Shown in pieces: positions 7,359-11,798 of a DNA stretch of 11,798 nt. This DNA is from Polyangiaceae bacterium (GTDB lineage: Bacteria > Myxococcota_A > Polyangia > Polyangiales > Polyangiaceae): positions 1-11,798 of the forward strand of contig JBILLK010000060.1 of the NCBI GenBank assembly GCA_044376115.1. The letters run 5' to 3'. The notes under the pieces are model-generated. The model saw only the letters and a list, made by a program, of their open reading frames with translations, was not told the DNA's origin and made no database searches. Each line of letters opens with the position of its first letter. Position 1 is the stretch's first letter. The position numbers and the translations under genes are program-made.

Positions 7359-7638
7359 CCTGCGTTGCGGCCTGCTCGAGTACGGCTGCGTGCGCGTCGG
7401 CTGCGAGCGGTGCGGCTTGGAGCGGCTCGTCGCCTTCACTGCGTGCCAAAGGCACTCCGTAGACCTCCCTGGACTCCGTCCACTCCGGTTCAGCTGTAAA
7501 CGGCGCGGCTTCTGCCCCTCGTGTCTGGGACGCCGCATGTCCGACACCGCGGTGCACCTCGCCCAGAAGGTGATCCCGGAGGTGCCGGTGCGGCAGTGGG
7601 TGTGCTCGCTGCCGTGGAGGTTGCGTGTGCTCTTGGGC
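7359..7638 (+). pseudogene. Internal fragment of a second type B IS91-like transposase
   Basis: LRCGLLEYG...SCKRRGFCPSCLGRRMSDTAVHL...PEVPVRQWVCSLPWRLRVLLG. Overlaps 6671..6844 with 6 synonymous differences. Confidence 0.9.
7439..7492. repeat. 54-bp version of the in-frame palindromic insertion (one 18-bp unit)
   Basis: Identical to 6751..6822 except for one missing 18-bp unit; same TTCA flanks. Confidence 0.8.
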
Positions 7639-7779
7639 AAAAGCGAGCCGCGGAAGCATGCTTGAGAGACGACGCCCGTACCCACGGCATTAACCAGTCA
7701 CGACCCCAGCCTTTTGCGAGCGCTCCGACGGCTCGCTTCATCTGCTCGAGAGATGGCGACGTTCCTTCGCACGCTGAGG

Positions 7780-9330
7780 TCACGTTTCGACGTTCGAGGC
7801 TGCCGAGCGCTCCTCTGCGAGCGCGTCACTCGTTTTTGTCGGTCCTGTCGGGTCTTCTTCCGGACCTGTCGGGCCTTCCGGACCTGTCGGGCCTTCCGGG
7901 CGTAGCGCGCTCACGAGCTCGAGCGCCTTCTTTCGGCGAGCCTTGAGGCGCATGAGGTGCCGTCCGAACGCGTGCATGACCCACGCGTGGACGGGCGCTT
8001 GCGAGAAGATGTAGAGGATCCAAGGGAGCGCGGGGACGAAGCCGTGGATCGCGGCCAGCGTGTAGCGCCGGTGAGCAACTTGGCGGAACTCGAGCCACCC
8101 CGTCGTCGTGGTCTTCGACAGAATTCCCCCCACGATGTGGAACTTGTCGCGCGCGCGGTCAGCGCCCTGGTCGATGAACTCGAGGACGAGAAGCGGCCTC
8201 TTCAAGAACGCGAGCGAGAAAGTGACGCGCGGCGGGGTGCCGTCGACGCGGCCGACGCGGATGATCGTGCGGAACAATTGCGGCAGCCAATCCATGTACG
8301 CGTTCGAGATGAACTCCGCGTCGTCGTCAGGCATGGGCGGCAGGCGCTGAATGGATCGAACGGTGGAGTGCTCATCGCGCGCGCGCTTCGCCGAGGCTCG
8401 TCGCGTGTTGCCCTCGGACCGCTTCAGCGTCTCCGTCACCATGCTCGCGTAGGTGGGATAGCGGATGAAGGGCTTGATCTCCGGAGCGGGCTCGAGCTGC
8501 GGAAGATCGCACTGCAGGCTGTCGATGAGCGGCGAGATGAGCTCATGCGAGGAGCCGCTGAAAAGCTGGACCCAGCGCTTCGAGAACCCGGTCGACGCGA
8601 TCGGGACCGGGAACATGTACCGCTTTTTCCCGAGCGCGACCGCTGTCTGCCGCAAGAGATCCTCGTAGGTCAGCGACTCGCCGTTCACGAGATCGAACGT
8701 GCGACCCGCGAAGGCAGGGTCGACGACGGCGGCCTTGAGCACCGACAGGACGTCGTCGATGAACACCGCCTGGCCGGAGCTTCGCGTCCACTTCGGCAGG
8801 ACCATCCACGGCAGCCGCATGACGAGCGCGCGGAGGATCTCGAACGAGCTCCCGCCAGGCCCGACGACCATACCGGCGCGGAGACACGTGACCGGAATGC
8901 CGGACGATTGCAGCACGCCCTCGACCTCGAGTCGGCTCTGGAGGTGCGGGCTCACGTAGCCCGTACCTGGGACGAGACCGCCCAGGTAGATGATGCGCTT
9001 CACTCCAGCGTGCGTGCACGCCTTGGCAAAGTTGTCCGCGAGCAGGAGATCCGTGTCGTGAAAGTCGCCCTGGAAGAGGCGGGACGACGGCATCATCGAG
9101 TGCACGAGATAAACCGCGATGTCGACGCCCGCGAGCGCGGCATGGGTGCTCGTCGAGGAAAAGAGGTCGCACGCGCGGAAGTCGCAGCCGGCGTCGGACG
9201 ACGATGCGGGGGGGGCCGTGCGCGTGAGGCCAAAGACGTGAAAATCGTCGCGGAGCTTGGGGATCAGCTGCGAGCCAACGAAGCCGCTGGCTCCGGCGAT
9301 CGCGACAATCGGTTTGGCTACACTTTTCAC
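7780..9330 (-). CDS. NAD(P)-binding atypical SDR/epimerase-like protein (YbjT-like) with C-terminal domain
   Basis: IAGASGFVG Rossmann motif, VYLVHSM, GVKRIIYLGGL, SPHLQSRLEVE, LRAGMVVGPGGSSFEILR. The start is uncertain (GTG 9330-9360). Confidence 0.9.
   Translation of the reverse strand: MKSVAKPIVAIAGASGFVGSQLIPKLRDDFHVFGLTRTAPPASSSDAGCDFRACDLFSSTSTHAALAGVDIAVYLVHSMMPSSRLFQGDFHDTDLLLADNFAKACTHAGVKRIIYLGGLVPGTGYVSPHLQSRLEVEGVLQSSGIPVTCLRAGMVVGPGGSSFEILRALVMRLPWMVLPKWTRSSGQAVFIDDVLSVLKAAVVDPAFAGRTFDLVNGESLTYEDLLRQTAVALGKKRYMFPVPIASTGFSKRWVQLFSGSSHELISPLIDSLQCDLPQLEPAPEIKPFIRYPTYASMVTETLKRSEGNTRRASAKRARDEHSTVRSIQRLPPMPDDDAEFISNAYMDWLPQLFRTIIRVGRVDGTPPRVTFSLAFLKRPLLVLEFIDQGADRARDKFHIVGGILSKTTTTGWLEFRQVAHRRYTLAAIHGFVPALPWILYIFSQAPVHAWVMHAFGRHLMRLKARRKKALELVSALRPEGPTGPEGPTGPEEDPTGPTKTSDALAEERSAASNVET
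7840..7899. repeat. 18-bp tandem repeat (2 exact, 1 degenerate) encoding PEGPTG in the SDR tail
   Basis: CCGGACCTGTCGGGCCTT at 7860 and 7878, with a variant at 7839-7859. Confidence 0.85.
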
Positions 9331-9454
9331 GACGACACCCGGGTGTGGGGCCCGCACCACGCGCCGTCAAGGATGACAGGCTTGAAGGTCGCAGGCCAAA
9401 CACTACGACAAGATGCCCCGGTCGGTCCAAGGGCGGACGGCGCACCCCCGCCCG

Positions 9455-9548
9455 CCCCGGCATCGACTGAGCCGCGCGCCGGGGTTCAGGCCGCCTCCAA
9501 CCAAATTTCCTGCTTCGAAATCCCTACTCGCTCGAAATCCCTATCCGC
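9455..9548 (+). mobile_element. Orphan oriIS-like end with a duplicated terminal motif
   Basis: TCGAAATCCCTA at 9515 and 9532, ending TATCCGC like the other three ends. GC stem at 9455-9461/9478-9484. No tnp is recognisable upstream. Confidence 0.55.
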
Positions 9549-9815
9549 CTGCGACCCGGCGGTGCGTTCGGCTTTTCTTCTCACAACGCGCGAGGGCTGA
9601 AGAGCGTGCCCTCCAAGCTCCACCTTCCCGAGGTTGAATGGACGCTCAACCCGCCCAAACTCGCGGTGCGTCTCGCGCGCGCGGGTGTTGAGGGCCTGCG
9701 CTCGGTGCAGAATCAGCTCAAGCTCCGCAGGCGCCCGCAACCAGGTTCGCGACCCCCTCCCGCCTTGCAAAACTGGGTGGTCAATTTTTTCAGCCGTCCC
9801 AAGAGAGTCCGTTGA
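9549..9815 (+). pseudogene. Internal fragment of a class I SAM-dependent methyltransferase-like gene
   Basis: LRPGGAFGFSSHN matches the L(K/R)PGG-x-F-x-FSSHN motif and is in frame with ORF 9606..9815. Coding-like bias fades at about 9740. Confidence 0.6.
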
Positions 9816-9827
9816 GCGGCAAAGGAT

Positions 9828-10739
9828 TCAGGGGGCTTTGATACAGACGCCGATGCCGCCCATGAACATTTCAGGCTGGTCGAAGCTACAAACACCTGAG
9901 CCGCAGTCCTCATCGCCGCAACAGTACTTGCCGCAGGTGTTGTCGCTCAGGCATCGATAGCCGGCCTCACACCACGGACCGTCTTGGTTGTTGCACTCGC
10001 CGCATGGCGCGACGTCGTTTGGCGGGCCGAAACAAAAATAGTCGCCAAGAGCTGATCGATCGCACGCGAACCCTGCCGCGATGTCGCAGGGCTCGCCGGT
10101 CACCGGGTTACACAACGTGGCCGTGAGATCCCCACACTCTCCGTAGCAGCGACACTGTCGGCAGTGGATGAGCGCGGAGAGCGCATCGGTGATCGCCGCC
10201 GCCTCGCAGCCGGCTGATTCACCGTTGAGGCACGCGAGGCAGCCATCGATTTCATTGCAAGCACTGAGGGATTCGCAACAGAGACTCTGTAGGCAGCCAC
10301 CGGGCGCTGTCGTCACGATGTCTGTGCAGTCCAACGGCGCGCCACCACCGGTCCCACCGGTCCCACCACCCGTGCCCCCTCCGCCCGGCGCGTCGCACAG
10401 GTCGGTGCAATCGAGAGGCTCTAGCGGGTAACAAGCCCCGTTTGAAGGAGAGATCGCCGGAGCATCGCACGCGGCGATCGAAACCGGTCCTCCTCCCTGG
10501 CTTGCGCCGCCCGCCGCCCCAGCTCCACCTGCAGCCCCAGAACCGCCCGCAGCCCCAGCTGCGCCCGCAGCGCCAGCGCCGCCTGCAGCCCCAGCGCCGC
10601 CCGCTGCCCCAGTGCCAGCGTTCCCGCTGTCTCCGCACCCCCAGATAAACAACAGGGTCGAGAGCAGCGCAGCGGCGCCAGCGTGCGTTGATTGCTGATG
10701 GTGGCTCATTCGCGTTGGCTTCAGTACGTTGGTTTGCAT
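9828..10739 (-). CDS. Cys-rich lipoprotein with Gly/Ala low-complexity linkers (myxobacterial type)
   Basis: Hydrophobic signal plus IWGC lipobox, GAAGGA and GGTG repeats, many Cys (CC..L.AC, CNPVT...C, C...CC.D.DC). Start is ATG 10739 or 10709. Confidence 0.85.
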   Translation of the reverse strand: MQTNVLKPTRMSHHQQSTHAGAAALLSTLLFIWGCGDSGNAGTGAAGGAGAAGGAGAAGAAGAAGGSGAAGGAGAAGGASQGGGPVSIAACDAPAISPSNGACYPLEPLDCTDLCDAPGGGGTGGGTGGTGGGAPLDCTDIVTTAPGGCLQSLCCESLSACNEIDGCLACLNGESAGCEAAAITDALSALIHCRQCRCYGECGDLTATLCNPVTGEPCDIAAGFACDRSALGDYFCFGPPNDVAPCGECNNQDGPWCEAGYRCLSDNTCGKYCCGDEDCGSGVCSFDQPEMFMGGIGVCIKAP

Positions 10740-10855
10740 GCTCAGCGGGAGGCTCTTCTAGGGAGCCGAAGGCGCGCGACCGAGCTGGAGATGCCGTACG
10801 AGGTCGACCAATGTGAGCCATTGGACCGGCAGCTGACGACGTCCGGTTCGCTGCG

Positions 10856-11443
10856 CTAGAAGTCGAGCCCGGCTTGGAGGAACTCTGCGATTCGCTCGCC
10901 GACCATCAACGTCGGCAGGTTCGTGTTTGCCGTCGGGATCTCCGGGAAGATGCTCGCGTCGGCGACGAGCACGCCGGACACGCCTCGGAGACGCCCCTTG
11001 CCGTCGACGGCGCCCTCTTTGATCGTGCTCTCTCCCATCGGGACGGTGCCGCACGGGTGGTACCCGCTGCCCGTGATCTTCGGGAGGAACGCACGGAGCT
11101 CGTCGCGCCGCGAGAGCACGCGGGCGGTCGGCAGGACAGGGAAGGCGATGTCCCGGATCTCCTTCTGCCTGGAGATTTCGAAGATGCGCTCGATGGCTTC
11201 GATGACGCGCGCTTGGTCCCGCGGGTGGTCGAGAAAGCCCATCTCGATGTGGGGCTTTTCGTCGGGATCCATCGATGAAAATCTGAGCTTGCCGCGCGCG
11301 TCGGGGCGGCCGATCGGCGCCATCATCGTAAACACGGGGATGTTCATGCCGAAGATCGGCAGAAATGATCCGGCCTGAATCTGCAGATCGTAGGCGTGGT
11401 CACTGCCGAGCGTGATTGCCCGTGCCATCACCTGTACCAGGGG
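10856..11443 (-). pseudogene. GMC oxidoreductase, C-terminal domain only
   Basis: RPDARGKL..S.DP...P.I, YHPCGTVPMG, VD..GRLRGV.G..VADASIFPEIPTANTNLPTLMVGERIA. The N-terminal FAD-binding domain is absent. Confidence 0.92.
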
Positions 11444-11455
11444 ATCTTCTTCTCG

Positions 11456-11581
11456 TCACGCGTCGCCCGCCGCTTCAAGCTTCACGCCAACGGCCATGTG
11501 CTGATCGTCGATGCCCCACTCGACGACGTGGCCTTGCTGGCCGAGCTGCACCGTCGAGATGTCCTTCAGCAGCTTCTCGAG
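11456..11581 (-). pseudogene. Fragment of an unidentified gene
   Basis: LEKLLKDISTVQLGQQGHVVEWGIDDQHMAVGVKL with strong GC3 bias. Starts where homology to 6388 ends. Confidence 0.4.
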
Positions 11582-11582
11582 C

Positions 11583-11798
11583 GGGTGGCGGCCGCCACGC
11601 TGAAATTGGCGAGCGCCACCCCTCGAGCCAGGTGAAGCGCAGCGAAACGGCGCCGCTCTCGCTGGCACGGGGCTTCCTGAGGCGCCCCGGCTGTGGCTCA
11701 CCCGGCAGCGCGGCACCCGCACGAGGCAGCGAGCTCCTACGAGCGACACCGCCCGGAAGAGACGGTGCTCTACCGGACGCTCGCGGCGCACTGGGCGG
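11583..11798 (+). mobile_element. Another copy of the type B IS91-like upstream region and tnp start (GTG 11693), running off the window
   Basis: Direct repeat of 6388..6603 with 9 substitutions, all upstream of the start codon; the coding part is identical. Confidence 0.9.

Noticed and set aside
7641..7738. 10-bp inverted repeat AAGCGAGCCG/CGGCTCGCTT as a MITE
   Set aside because: Short, no TSD and no restorable empty site.
7957..9600. 547-aa plus-strand ORF, and similar long ORFs 2756..3790, 4094..4957, 1007..1942, 1322..2077 and 8543..9463
   Set aside because: Antisense or alternate-frame shadows of better-supported genes in high-GC DNA, with no motifs.
10510..10620. GC-rich 9/18-bp periodicity
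   Set aside because: Explained by the Gly/Ala linker of the lipoprotein.
1..11798. Integron cassette array
   Set aside because: No intI and no repeated attC with RYYYAAC/GTTRRRY cores found. Genes lie in both orientations and many are truncated.

Overview
High-GC window, probably myxobacterial (inferred from the Cys-rich and Gly/Ala-linker lipoproteins). It is a mosaic rather than an operon. Three genes look intact: an EamA/DMT transporter, an SMI1/KNR4-like protein and an NAD(P)-binding SDR-like protein. There are also two lipoproteins, one possibly 3'-truncated. These sit among at least six pieces of IS91/ISCR-like rolling-circle (HUH) transposase genes, two back-to-back IS3 tails, an IS21-like end, a 158-bp MITE and about eight abruptly truncated host-gene fragments (purU, GMC oxidoreductase, heme peroxidase, methyltransferase and others). 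The most striking pattern is four oriIS-like ends (...CT(A/T)-TATCCGC-type, ending at 93, 784, 2440 and 9548). Each is joined directly to the middle of a different gene, on the sense strand, at a codon boundary and in the same phase. This suggests Helitron-like gene-fragment capture or shuffling, or a phase-biased target rule. A variable-length, in-frame, REP-like palindromic insertion sits at the same site in two diverged transposase copies. No complete transposase is present. Assembly chimerism cannot be excluded from sequence alone. All family assignments come from motif recognition, not database searches.
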